Virus record (IMG/VR): IMGVR_UViG_3300037067_011169
Span: 23,302 to 87,301 of that record
Strand: one strand, 5' to 3'
From: a virus
Taxonomy: Duplodnaviria; Caudoviricetes
DNA: 64,000 bases
In this document: positions 34,459-44,490 of the stretch, piece after piece
Numbering within the stretch: the first letter of the stretch is position 1
How the letters are laid out: each line of letters starts with the position of its first letter
Notes under the pieces: model-generated
The model's database searches: none
What the model saw: only the letters and a program-made list of their open reading frames with translations
What the model was told of the DNA's origin: nothing
Translations under genes and position numbers: made by a program

Positions 34459-37077
34459 TTACAAGAGAATTGGTAACTCGATTTCAATGTCCAGCGTGGT
34501 GGACGTAGTTGCCCGGCCCACTCGCACAACGTAATTTCCCACCGCAGTAGGTGAGGTAGAGGTGATCCGTCCAGCCGTGGAAAGATCAAGATAGTAGGTA
34601 GCCCCAATAGTCAAAGTTGCCGTACCAGCAATCAGCGTCCAGTTCGTTTGGGTGATCTCACCCTCCGTGAGATAGTGACAACTGGACCCGGCAGCCACAG
34701 CGTTTTGGGCAATGCCCGCAACCTGAGTAGTCGCTGCTGCATCAGCCTTTGCCAGAGCCACATGACCAGTGACCTTGAGGTAGACTGGTTGGCCCACAAG
34801 GATCGTTTCGTCCGCCTCAGCCGAATAGTAATCCTCGTCTTCCGTTGGCACTTCAGGCTCACCTGGTTCATAGTAATTCTGAGGTGCAGTAGAGCGAATG
34901 GCCGAGACGCGAAGCGTTGGAGGAACCACTTGAGGATTCCACGTCGGATCAAGTTCACCTTCAAAATTGAAACTAGCCGAAAACTGGTCAAATTGATCCT
35001 CGATGATCGGTTCATCAGGAGTGGAAATAATGCCCTTCCAATAGCGTTGCTCCCAGTCGATCATGCCAACCTCCTCACCGAGGTGGTCATCCATGAATTC
35101 CAAAAGCGCAATTGCCTCCACTCTGTAGAGGCCAGAAAAATCCAGGACCAATGTCTGAACCTTGGGCCACATCGGATCGGCATAGGTCGTAAGCGTTCCG
35201 CCACGACTCTCCCGCTGGATGCGATCAAAACTCAATTGATCTCGATTGCCCAAGTTGGGAGCCCGAAGGCTTACCGCATCCGTCACGATCCCAACAGCCG
35301 GGTAGACAAGCTGGAAAGGCACCAGGATGCCATCCATAGGCCCCTGTAACGTCGCAGACGGCGGCGTGGGTGCATCTGGATCATCATTAGCCCCGACCAT
35401 AGGAGCGTACTGACACAGTTGCACGCCCGTCGATTTGATGAGAACGTAACTCGCTGCCTGACTCAAGGCCAACGTGGATTCGCACGTCCGGCCCCGAACA
35501 ACCTCCACCGTGGCAGACTGTGTCAGTGCCAATTCGCTATCTGCCGGCTTACACGCATCGACCGTCACCGATTGCGTCAGGGTTAATGTACTGACAGCAT
35601 CCGCCAACTCAGTAATGTAGGCGTACTGAGTAAGCGATAGCGTGTTCTCGGCGGAAGCGGAAATACCATCCACGGCCACACGGGACCAACCCGTAGACTG
35701 GGACGGCAACAGATTCGACTCCACGCCGATATTCAAAACCGTGTTGACGCCTGCGGAGTCACTGAGTCCAGTGATTACCTCCACCAGATCGACGGTCCCC
35801 GGCAAAAACTCCCACCGTATCTCTTGAAGGTTGTTCTCGGCTTCCAGGCTGAGAACAGTATTGATTCCGGCTGCGTCGGTGAGAACAAGCGTATTCGAGG
35901 CGCTCAGATTATAGACGTGCTGAACCCCAACATCTTGAGACAACGCCAGAGTGCTGTCCCCTGATCGGGAAAAGACAGCGCTCATCTCCGCCGACTGACT
36001 CAACGACAGTGTGCTGCCCTCAGAAACCTCTATCTCTTCTGTCGTCCATCCATCTGCTTCATCCGTCAACGCCAGATCGTTTGAACCGGCCAACGTAAGG
36101 ATGATCGTAGGAGTGGCCGATTGAGTCAGAGACAGGGTACTCTCAGCGCCTCTCCCTAGCGAGTATCCTATTCCTACCGAATCCGTCAACGACAGATCGC
36201 TAGACCCATAGAGATAGGTGGCCGTGTCCGGGAAGAACACTGGCCTGTCTGTTCGTCGCAAGAATGGCTTGTAGATTCCACCAGCGTCTGCACCACCCAG
36301 GCCCAACTCCAAGGATTGAGCTAATCCGATGTCCCTACCATAGATAAGAACAGGTCCGAAATCTGTCTCGGGCCGAGTATCATGGTGATAATAGAGACGA
36401 TAGTAATTGTCGGTATGATAGAAAACAGGCCCGCCATTCGGCAGTGTAGTCGGATACGTTTCGTATCCACGAGGTTCCGAGGGATAGCCACTGACATTTT
36501 CGTTCGGATAGAAGATATCAACGGTCTTCGTATTGATTCCGTCGTACCGACACGCCATCGTGTACCAGCGATTCGACTCAAGGGTCGCTGGGCCACCTAT
36601 GACTCCAGTATCATCGCCGCCGGTCGTAACCAGATAGAAGACTGGTGTCACCGCTGCATAGTAGTTCTTATTCCAGCCAATGCTCCACCCACCTTCTGGT
36701 GAAGTCGAATAATACCGTGCTGAACGGAAATTACGAGTGTTGACCGACCCGCCCTCGTTGAGCGTATGAAAGACGGTGACAACGGACAATGCCGGATACG
36801 GAAGTGGGTGACCAATCGTGGTCATACCCACCGAGCGGACGTACAACTGATTGCTCTGATTGGGGTGAGTGATCCCAATACGAGGATCAAAGCCCCAAGC
36901 AGGCGACCAGGAGTAACAAACAGCCTTGAATCCAAGAGGACCTACATCCTGTAGGACTTGAGCATTGCGCAGCCCAATAGATGGCACCCACGCATTCAGG
37001 AGACCTTCCCAAAGGTGTGGATACGCGCTATCATATTGGCACAAAGCCCAATCGTAACCAGGACCAGGAAAAGCCAT
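34459..37077 (-). CDS. Mosaic tail protein (lectin/LamG-like N-terminus, Ser/Thr repeats, Dit-like domain, DUF2190-like C-terminus)
   Basis: LESNRWYTMACRYDG LamG-like strand; repeated STLxLxQxA units; internal paralogies. Confidence 0.65.
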   Translation of the reverse strand: MAFPGPGYDWALCQYDSAYPHLWEGLLNAWVPSIGLRNAQVLQDVGPLGFKAVCYSWSPAWGFDPRIGITHPNQSNQLYVRSVGMTTIGHPLPYPALSVVTVFHTLNEGGSVNTRNFRSARYYSTSPEGGWSIGWNKNYYAAVTPVFYLVTTGGDDTGVIGGPATLESNRWYTMACRYDGINTKTVDIFYPNENVSGYPSEPRGYETYPTTLPNGGPVFYHTDNYYRLYYHHDTRPETDFGPVLIYGRDIGLAQSLELGLGGADAGGIYKPFLRRTDRPVFFPDTATYLYGSSDLSLTDSVGIGYSLGRGAESTLSLTQSATPTIILTLAGSNDLALTDEADGWTTEEIEVSEGSTLSLSQSAEMSAVFSRSGDSTLALSQDVGVQHVYNLSASNTLVLTDAAGINTVLSLEAENNLQEIRWEFLPGTVDLVEVITGLSDSAGVNTVLNIGVESNLLPSQSTGWSRVAVDGISASAENTLSLTQYAYITELADAVSTLTLTQSVTVDACKPADSELALTQSATVEVVRGRTCESTLALSQAASYVLIKSTGVQLCQYAPMVGANDDPDAPTPPSATLQGPMDGILVPFQLVYPAVGIVTDAVSLRAPNLGNRDQLSFDRIQRESRGGTLTTYADPMWPKVQTLVLDFSGLYRVEAIALLEFMDDHLGEEVGMIDWEQRYWKGIISTPDEPIIEDQFDQFSASFNFEGELDPTWNPQVVPPTLRVSAIRSTAPQNYYEPGEPEVPTEDEDYYSAEADETILVGQPVYLKVTGHVALAKADAAATTQVAGIAQNAVAAGSSCHYLTEGEITQTNWTLIAGTATLTIGATYYLDLSTAGRITSTSPTAVGNYVVRVGRATTSTTLDIEIELPILL

Positions 37078-37589
37078 CAGCTTGCCGCTTGAATATCATC
37101 AGGAATCGGTGTGAACGTACAAACGTGATCTCCGGCGGTGTTCGTCAGAGCCTTGGTCCCAGACCCATTCCAGCAAGCCAATGCCACATAACGTTCCGTG
37201 ATGCAGACAATTCCACTTGCACAATAGGCGTGATCCGCTGCCTCCGCCACAACCCCTCCGATCGCCTTGCAATTCAGAAGCAGGGCATTCTCAGAAGTAA
37301 GGGTTGCATCTCCAAAGGTGAGATTTCCGTCAGTCACAGAAGCATCCGCCGAGGCAGATGAGGTAACTAGATACAACCTGAGCGTGTTGCCGAGGCCCGG
37401 GGTTGCCACCCATCGCGTCTTACAACGCCAAAGATACCTCGCCGGCAGAGAACCAGCCCCACGGTCCCAAACGTCGGACAATCGACCGTTGATGACTGCA
37501 ATGTTCTGGGGAGTCCACACCACGTCGCCACCGCTCGCAGCGAACGTTATCGCTGTTCCTGGTGTGTAATAAACCTTATTTGTTGCCAT
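37077..37589 (-). CDS. Hypothetical virion protein
   Basis: Beta-rich, GGAG RBS, in the tail module. Confidence 0.65.
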   Translation of the reverse strand: MATNKVYYTPGTAITFAASGGDVVWTPQNIAVINGRLSDVWDRGAGSLPARYLWRCKTRWVATPGLGNTLRLYLVTSSASADASVTDGNLTFGDATLTSENALLLNCKAIGGVVAEAADHAYCASGIVCITERYVALACWNGSGTKALTNTAGDHVCTFTPIPDDIQAAS

Positions 37590-37600
37590 CGATTAGCTCC

Positions 37601-37639
37601 AAAAGAAAAGGCCGGACGGAGCCGAAACCCCGTCCAGCC
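37601..37639 (-). terminator. Intrinsic terminator
   Basis: GGCTGGACGG...CCGTCCGGCC then TTTTCTTTT. Confidence 0.8.
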
Positions 37640-37654
37640 TGTGGCGAGGGAGTA

Positions 37655-38257
37655 TTACGCATTCACCGTGTAGGTGAGCTTCAGTTGATCCCCGCTGTTT
37701 ACCGGAACGTCGCCGCTCGTGAACAGGGCGGTCGCCCAAAGATAATTGCCAGACGCCGTATGGTCGCCCTTCGTTGCGGCATTCGTCCCGCCTACGACGA
37801 ACAGACCCTTCACAGTACCCGTGGCGGTAAGATCGAACGTAGCAACAGTCGAGCTAGTGATCGATTGTGTTGCAGCCGCTGCTTCATCCCAGGTCGCCCG
37901 GATGGTAGCATTTCCGCCGACAGTGTAATCAGCGAACTCGTCCCACCCATTGCCAACCTGATCGATGTTGTCATAGGTATCAGTGTCCGCGAGGGCAGTG
38001 TAATCAGCATAGTCGATCATTCCGATGTACCATGTCCCAATGGCAGTCGTGCCATGGAACATGACGTTCAGAAGAAGGTCCTTGCCTTCGTCCACGATCC
38101 CATTCGGAAAGGAATAGGTCGCAAACAGTTTGCCATCTCGCCAGTGCTCAACATTGAAGCGGCCGGAAAGACCAAGTTCGCTGACCGTATCACGACTCCG
38201 AGCAACAGTTGCCTTGGCAGTGCTTCTCAAAGCCAGTTCAGAAATAACATTATCCAT
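37655..38257 (-). CDS. Tail protein following the tape measure
   Basis: NGIVDEG..LLNVMF..WYIG..LKLTYTV pattern. Confidence 0.65.
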   Translation of the reverse strand: MDNVISELALRSTAKATVARSRDTVSELGLSGRFNVEHWRDGKLFATYSFPNGIVDEGKDLLLNVMFHGTTAIGTWYIGMIDYADYTALADTDTYDNIDQVGNGWDEFADYTVGGNATIRATWDEAAAATQSITSSTVATFDLTATGTVKGLFVVGGTNAATKGDHTASGNYLWATALFTSGDVPVNSGDQLKLTYTVNA

Positions 38258-38301
38258 AGTATCTCCTGAAGAAATCTGCTGCCGGTTGACAGCCGAAAGA
38301 T

Positions 38302-41300
38302 TTAGAGCCGCGCAGAACCTCGGCGCTTCTGACGCCGAATCGCGGACATGACTTCTCGGGCAACCAACTTCGGCTCCCCGGCACCGTTGACGATGATGTC
38401 ACCGATGTTTGTGTTGTGCGTTACGTTATTGGGCTCGAATGCCGGTTGAATGCCCGCATTGATAGCTCGCAGTTCCGGCGCAAATCGCCTTGCGTTCTTT
38501 GCCTTGACGACGAACTCCTCAGCGCCCAACATTGCTGGAATACGATCTGTACCACGAGCCATGCCCCCGGCGTCGAAATACTGCATCTTCTTTGCAATGC
38601 CGCCGGCCGAGAAGCCTTGAACGGGTTGCGCCGTAGATGTTCCAACAGTGGACAATTCTCGCTTCAAGGCAGCAACTTTCTGTCTCGCTGCCTCTATGGC
38701 AGGAATGAACTGGACCTTGAACTCCGCAGCCGCTTGTTGAGCCGCCGATTGTCCAGCGGGGCCGAGATCACGGACCACCGTCACCAACTGCCCTTGATCG
38801 TGTATCGCTGCTTTCTGCGCTTCCGTGAATGTAATCAGGGCACGAGAGTTATCCGCCTTGTTGCCAGCTTTAGACACCTTAGAGATGGCTTGGTTGACCG
38901 ATTCCTCGGACTGGGCCACGGCAACGACTCGTTGCTGAGTTTCAAGAAGCGCCGCGAGGGTACTCGACAACTCATTGAACTTGAGACTGGTATCCCTAAG
39001 CTCCTTGACATCCAGAGCCTTTGACGGCTGAAGCCCAAGTTCACTAGCCTTTGCCTCAAACTCATCGGCGAATTTGCGAAATAGACCTATGTACTCAAGA
39101 AGCGCATTCGACTCTCCTCGGAGCGCCAGTTGAGATTCGGCTACTGTCTTGGCGAGGACACTCTTGGCCTCTTCCGAAACCCCGGCGCGCGTACCGCCCA
39201 GGTCCTGTGTCAGCTTGTTGATCTGGAAGAACTGGTTACCAAGATCACCACGCATCTGAGGCAGATTGGAAATCTGTTCGATGGCCTCCACTAGCTGCTT
39301 TTTCTGCTCAATCAAAGCAAGCGTGATCGGCTCCAAACCCTTCTGGAGGCTGAATTGGGCCCCGCTGGAAATTTCCAGTTCCTTAATCGTGGCCTTCAGT
39401 TCAACCGCATGAGATTCCAATTCATTGAAAATACGATCAACGGCATCCTGATAGGCAAAAGTCAGATCAATCGGCTTACCAGTAAAGACATTGTCAAACT
39501 GACCGCTAATCTGCCGTGCAAGTTCCTCAACGCCCAAGAACTCCGCAATACTGAGATCACCTTGCGACAAAACCGACTTCAATTGCTCTGTCAACGGGCC
39601 AATCGCCGCCTTGGCTTGTTCCCGAGTCTCAAAGCTGACATCACCCTTCTTACTGATGACCTCAAACTTCTCTATCTCCTTGATGAGAAGTTTGGCTTCT
39701 CGAAGCTGCTGGCGTCTGGACGCGATTTCTCTTTGAGCCGCTGCCGCCATTTCCTTGGCGACTTGGTTTTCTTGCTCTCTAAGAGATATGCGTTGCTGAA
39801 GAATCGCGTTGACTTCAGTTTCGGCGTTCTGAATAATGGAAAGCGCCGCTGCCTGCTCCTTGGAATTCTTTGCAGCCTTGAGTTGAGATTCACCGATCTC
39901 CAGGGCAGCCACTGCTCTTTGATCGGATGTCTTGAGTAACTCCTCAGCCGTTTTGAAATCGTCGCCGTTTGCGGCCACGCTGGCTCTACTAGACAAGAGT
40001 CTAGCACGGCGCAATTGAAGTTCCGCCTGCTCGACTTCTTTCAGTCTTCCAAGCTGACGATCGACATAGCGTTCCTCGTTTTGTAGACGAAGATTGGCTA
40101 TCTCGTCGTTATTTCGCTGGATTGTCTCATTGGACTTCTCGTAAGCCTGTTCCAGCTTATTGATGAGTTGGCTAATCAGAGAGAGTCGTTCAGTGAGTTG
40201 CCCCTTGAGCCCCGTCAATACATCCTGTTGAGCATCCAACGCATTGTCGCGGTCTTCCTCCCAGAGCTTCTGAAGATCAGCTACCAGACGCAGTTGTTGG
40301 CTGTAAGCCTTGTCAACCATCTTCGTTCGTTCATCGCGGATTTTCTTGGATGCAATGAGTGCTACGCGGACCTCCGCATCGTTCTTTTGCTCCTGAAAAT
40401 CATATTCCTCCTGAAGACCTTCCCGCAGTGACCTGGTAAAGTCATTGACGCCTTTCTCTGCCTCCTTCATCTTGTTCATCAGGGCGACAATGGCCGCCGT
40501 GGCACCAACAAGAAAGATGAAACCAGGAATCGTCATCATGGCCGAGGCTGTGACACGAGTAGCCACCCCCAGCGCGTACATAGCCGTCTTGGTCGTGTTG
40601 AGCGCCCAGGACATTGCTTGCCACGCCAATACTCCAGCCTTGATGATAGCAACCGTCTTGCCCCAGAACAGCAGGCTATCACGAAGCGCCTTGACCATAT
40701 TGACAAGGCCACCAAAGGTCCGAAACAACTCCGCTAGGACCTTGAGAGCTTCCATCCCAAAATCCATAATGAAGAAGTTTCTGAGCTTCGTCAACTCTTT
40801 CTGCACTTGCTGGGCATTGGTCTCCAAAACGAGTTTGGCCTTCGCTTCGGAAGTTGCACCACCGGCCCCACGAATCTTCTCAAGTGTAGAGGCATAATCC
40901 TCTGCGGCTTGACCCGTCAAACCAAACACACCTCGTCCCACACGGATGTTTTCCGTCAACTGAGCAATCTCAGAAGCGGTACCATTGGTCGTTGCCCGCA
41001 GTCTCTCCAGGAATCCCTGGAAACCATACGTGGCCACGCCCACTTCGGCGTTCGCCACGCCAAGCTCATGGTAAGCAGCCTTCATCGCCTTGGTAGGCTT
41101 GAGAAGTCCGCGCATCGAGTTGGACAGGAGCGTCATCGCTTCGTCGGCTTTGATACCGTTGATGGTCAGAATAGAGAGGGAAGCCAGTATCTCATTGAAA
41201 CTGACGCCCATCTCAGACCCGAGCGTGGTGACACGACCGATCGTATTGGCGATTTCCGACAGACGGAAACGACCGAGATTGACCGCCTCAAACAATTTGC

Positions 41301-42135
41301 CACTGATGTCCGCTGCGTCCGCAGCGCTAAGTCCATAGCTGTTGATGACACTGGAAAGTGCATTCGCGGCATCCGCCAGGGACGATACAGCCCCAGTAGC
41401 GAGTCGTGCAGACTCAACCAACACCAGTTGAGATTCCGCCGCATTGCCAATTTGGTTGGACAGAATTTCATAGTAGCCCGCCGCCACGTCCTCGATTGGC
41501 TTATTGAATTCCTCACTGACCGCGCGCATCTTTTGGGCAAGGTCATCGATCGTGCCCACCGCCGGACCACCAATCGTTTGGATTTCCGCCAACTGGGTCT
41601 CAAACCCGATCGCAGACGTTAGCGATTCCTCCATCGCGCTACGAAGCGCCGACATCGCACGAACGATAAGTTGGGTCGTCACAACCCGAACCATCGTCTG
41701 GAAGCTGACGCTCAGTCGATCAGACGCCTTCTTCGTCTTGTTCAACGTGTTCACTGCGAAACTGCTGAACTTGTTCATTGCCTGCTGGGCAGTCGAAGCC
41801 GAGCCAGCAATACCACTCAGGCTCTGCTGAACCGCGTTCAACGTTGAAATCAACGTCTGAATGTTCGCTGGGGTCTCTGGTAATGGCGACTTAGCGACCG
41901 CTGTCGCAGCCACGGCATACTTAGCAACAGCATCGGCGGCGTTACCAGCGCTCTTCGTGATGCTGGAAAACCGATTGGATGTCGTCTTTGCAGCCGAATT
42001 GAAATCTCGCGCAGACCCTGCCGTTTCCTTCAGACCGCGCGCAACATTACCCAGCACTGTGTCAAGCTGGCGCAATACATCCAGTGCATTGCCGGCGTCG
42101 AATCCTAGTGTCTGGGTAATCTCTCCAGGCATCAT
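38302..42135 (-). CDS. Tape measure protein (TP901-like)
   Basis: 1277 aa, helical, FETQLAEIQTI..SVINSYGL..AVNLGRF core, membrane-like segments. Confidence 0.92.
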   Translation of the reverse strand: MMPGEITQTLGFDAGNALDVLRQLDTVLGNVARGLKETAGSARDFNSAAKTTSNRFSSITKSAGNAADAVAKYAVAATAVAKSPLPETPANIQTLISTLNAVQQSLSGIAGSASTAQQAMNKFSSFAVNTLNKTKKASDRLSVSFQTMVRVVTTQLIVRAMSALRSAMEESLTSAIGFETQLAEIQTIGGPAVGTIDDLAQKMRAVSEEFNKPIEDVAAGYYEILSNQIGNAAESQLVLVESARLATGAVSSLADAANALSSVINSYGLSAADAADISGKLFEAVNLGRFRLSEIANTIGRVTTLGSEMGVSFNEILASLSILTINGIKADEAMTLLSNSMRGLLKPTKAMKAAYHELGVANAEVGVATYGFQGFLERLRATTNGTASEIAQLTENIRVGRGVFGLTGQAAEDYASTLEKIRGAGGATSEAKAKLVLETNAQQVQKELTKLRNFFIMDFGMEALKVLAELFRTFGGLVNMVKALRDSLLFWGKTVAIIKAGVLAWQAMSWALNTTKTAMYALGVATRVTASAMMTIPGFIFLVGATAAIVALMNKMKEAEKGVNDFTRSLREGLQEEYDFQEQKNDAEVRVALIASKKIRDERTKMVDKAYSQQLRLVADLQKLWEEDRDNALDAQQDVLTGLKGQLTERLSLISQLINKLEQAYEKSNETIQRNNDEIANLRLQNEERYVDRQLGRLKEVEQAELQLRRARLLSSRASVAANGDDFKTAEELLKTSDQRAVAALEIGESQLKAAKNSKEQAAALSIIQNAETEVNAILQQRISLREQENQVAKEMAAAAQREIASRRQQLREAKLLIKEIEKFEVISKKGDVSFETREQAKAAIGPLTEQLKSVLSQGDLSIAEFLGVEELARQISGQFDNVFTGKPIDLTFAYQDAVDRIFNELESHAVELKATIKELEISSGAQFSLQKGLEPITLALIEQKKQLVEAIEQISNLPQMRGDLGNQFFQINKLTQDLGGTRAGVSEEAKSVLAKTVAESQLALRGESNALLEYIGLFRKFADEFEAKASELGLQPSKALDVKELRDTSLKFNELSSTLAALLETQQRVVAVAQSEESVNQAISKVSKAGNKADNSRALITFTEAQKAAIHDQGQLVTVVRDLGPAGQSAAQQAAAEFKVQFIPAIEAARQKVAALKRELSTVGTSTAQPVQGFSAGGIAKKMQYFDAGGMARGTDRIPAMLGAEEFVVKAKNARRFAPELRAINAGIQPAFEPNNVTHNTNIGDIIVNGAGEPKLVAREVMSAIRRQKRRGSARL

Positions 42136-42653
42136 CTCACCCGATATTCTTTGACAGTCACGTAGTCGAATGGATTAGGCAAAGACACATTCTGAGAGAA
42201 CGTCTCGAATGCCTGACGGCCGAATTCTTGAAAATGATAAGGACCCGGTTCGATAAGTTCGGCAGGTGGTGGCCACTTAGTCGGATCAGGATCAATGTTC
42301 GCGTTGTGATATTCGTTCCAGATGAGATGAGCCAAAGTCGTGTAGTAGGTGAAGGTCGCTTTGCTGCCATCATCTGCCACAAGCACTTCAGCGTCTGAGT
42401 TCTCCAGCCCGAGATTAACGCGACTACCTCTCGAATACAGCAGAGGTTGAATGGTCAACTGATGACCCAATTCTGCCGCAAGAGGCATGAAAGTCGCCGC
42501 TGATGCCCCGCTCCAGACAGGCACATGAGGCATTACTGCGCCAAGCCAATTCCAACCAGCTTCCGCGATTAGACCCGCCAGATAATCATGGAGAACCTTC
42601 TGGTAGGCTCTCGTTCTGATTCTAGGTGCCCGAAGAGTTCCCTTGAATTTCAC
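42132..42653 (-). CDS. Neck/tail-completion-like protein
   Basis: VPVWSGASAA motif; GAGG RBS and GTG 42653. Confidence 0.55.
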   Translation of the reverse strand: MKFKGTLRAPRIRTRAYQKVLHDYLAGLIAEAGWNWLGAVMPHVPVWSGASAATFMPLAAELGHQLTIQPLLYSRGSRVNLGLENSDAEVLVADDGSKATFTYYTTLAHLIWNEYHNANIDPDPTKWPPPAELIEPGPYHFQEFGRQAFETFSQNVSLPNPFDYVTVKEYRVR

Positions 42654-42663
42654 GTCCTCAGCC

Positions 42664-42927
42664 CTATTTACGATGTTTCTTGAGCGACCCAAGGGGCATC
42701 CCTGCCCCAGCTAGATGAGCATCCTGCTCGCTTTCGTCATGGTCGCAAAGTTGATCGAAGGCAATGATAAGCGCCTGGGAATAGGCACCGTTATCATCCC
42801 AGTTGGGCTTGACGCCCGGAGGAAGAATTCCTAGGCGCTGACAGGCTCGCCAGACGGCGTACTCGCCTGTTCGGTGCTCGGGCCATTTGAACCGAGCAAC
42901 TCCAACTGAGGACCACGTAGAAAAACC
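42664..42927 (-). CDS. -1 frame extension of the tail assembly chaperone (gpGT-like)
   Basis: -1 frame open from the G GTT TTT site to TAG 42664: FSTWSS..FKWPEHRTGEYAVWRACQRLGILPP..; no own start. Confidence 0.7.
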   Translation of the reverse strand, partial: GFSTWSSVGVARFKWPEHRTGEYAVWRACQRLGILPPGVKPNWDDNGAYSQALIIAFDQLCDHDESEQDAHLAGAGMPLGSLKKHRK

Positions 42928-43364
42928 TCTCGCGCCTGCTTCAGTTTGGCTTCATCGAGGCAATTTGCCTCCAAGACGAGACCAGTAATTCTGCCGATCT
43001 CAACCTGGTTGAATTGCGCGGCCTTGAAATCCTCTTCCCAATTGGTCCAAGTCCCAGGGTCTTTGGGATCAACCTTATCCCACTCAATCTCAGATGGTTC
43101 AAGAGACTTAACCACCATGTAAGCCAACCGCCTTCGCGCGAAGGCTTCCATGTCTTTCTGATAGTTCGGGTTGTTGATGTCCGCAACCACACCTTCCCTT
43201 GTCATCTTCTTTGGCGGGACCGGTTCCGGGACGAATTTGTTGAAGTCATCGAAATCAACGATACCGCGCGCTTTGAACGCAATAAACGACTCGCCTCGTG
43301 GGAGGACAAGGGTATACTCTGGAGACAACGTCTTGGGATCAATACCAGCAATCTTCATAAACAT
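42831..43364 (-). CDS. Tail assembly chaperone (gpG-like)
   Basis: Follows the tail tube genes; slippery site near the 3' end. Confidence 0.75.
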   Translation of the reverse strand: MFMKIAGIDPKTLSPEYTLVLPRGESFIAFKARGIVDFDDFNKFVPEPVPPKKMTREGVVADINNPNYQKDMEAFARRRLAYMVVKSLEPSEIEWDKVDPKDPGTWTNWEEDFKAAQFNQVEIGRITGLVLEANCLDEAKLKQAREVFLRGPQLELLGSNGPSTEQASTPSGEPVSA

Positions 43365-43373
43365 ACTCCCTCT

Positions 43374-43402
43374 AAAAAAGAAGCCGGGCCGGAAAGCCCG
43401 GC
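43374..43402 (-). terminator. Intrinsic terminator after the tail tube genes
   Basis: GCCGGGC-TTTCCG-GCCCGGC then TTCTTTTTT. Confidence 0.8.
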
Positions 43403-43408
43403 GTTGAA

Positions 43409-44476
43409 TCACGACGTTCTTTGAACGATTGGCTCGATGGCGTTACACCGACCCGAGACAGCAATCGTAGAATCAGAGAAACTCACCTCCCGACTCTCAC
43501 TACGAAAATCAGGGAAGGTCGTTGTCTCTGTCTGAGAAGTTCCACACGGAGGATCATGACTGATCTCAATGTCCACGGCGTAAGGTTCGCACTTGTCTGT
43601 TGCGGCAGAAACCCACTCAACAGCAGAACCTTTCCGTTTCAGGGCATCCATCGGAGAAATCGTTTCTCCTGTGCCCGTAGTGATGTGTTCATAGATGATG
43701 TCAAAATTGACATCCATTGGAACCTGGTCGCCTTCCCGGACGGTATCCAAGTCGCCACGATCGAGATCGTAGTTGTACTCAGAATTCTCCGTGTAGGTCA
43801 CATCACCGTCTCCGACCTTGATCTCCACTTCCTGGGAAGTGAACGTCAACGTCTTGGCATTATCATGCACACCCTTGACGGTCTCAGTCACTATGACGAC
43901 TGTGCTCCCACCTGTCAGATCAGTACCGTCACCGACGAGCATTGCAACATCCTGCTCGGCAAGAGTTCCGATGAATTCGACGACCCATGTCGGAGCGGTG
44001 CCGGTGACGCTGGCCTGGCCGACTCCGATCGAGGCAAGCGCCTCCAGAGCATCCTCCAAGTCCTCAGCAGCCACATTGTACGCTTGATCGGTCGTGGTAT
44101 TCGCGCCGAACGCCAAGGTAAACGTGCCACCGCTCACTGCGGAATCGATCGCCACCGTTTGTTGCTCATTGACGCCAGCACTCGTATAGGTGCCAGCCCC
44201 AAGCGCTGGTGTGAAGGTGATATCCGTTGTTGGGCTCGCAGAAGCGGGAGTCCGAGCGGTGACCACATGAACCGTGGTAGCAGCAGTCTCCCCTGCGATC
44301 GTGAAGCGGGCCCCTACGGGTACCAGATCGGTATCCGTGGAATTAAGTGCCACCGCATCGATCGTGACAGTTGTATCGTCCTCGACAGGCGCAGTGGTGG
44401 GTTGATTGACGAGAGCAGTACCAGCAAGACCATCTTTGATCTTGATGGTACAATCCCTCAGTTCGATTCTAGCCAT
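43409..44476 (-). CDS. Major tail tube protein paralog with inserted beta module
   Basis: Near-identical termini to 44491-45222 plus a ~105-aa insert. Confidence 0.8.
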   Translation of the reverse strand: MARIELRDCTIKIKDGLAGTALVNQPTTAPVEDDTTVTIDAVALNSTDTDLVPVGARFTIAGETAATTVHVVTARTPASASPTTDITFTPALGAGTYTSAGVNEQQTVAIDSAVSGGTFTLAFGANTTTDQAYNVAAEDLEDALEALASIGVGQASVTGTAPTWVVEFIGTLAEQDVAMLVGDGTDLTGGSTVVIVTETVKGVHDNAKTLTFTSQEVEIKVGDGDVTYTENSEYNYDLDRGDLDTVREGDQVPMDVNFDIIYEHITTGTGETISPMDALKRKGSAVEWVSAATDKCEPYAVDIEISHDPPCGTSQTETTTFPDFRSESREVSFSDSTIAVSGRCNAIEPIVQRTS

Positions 44477-44490
44477 TTCTTTCTTCCTTA

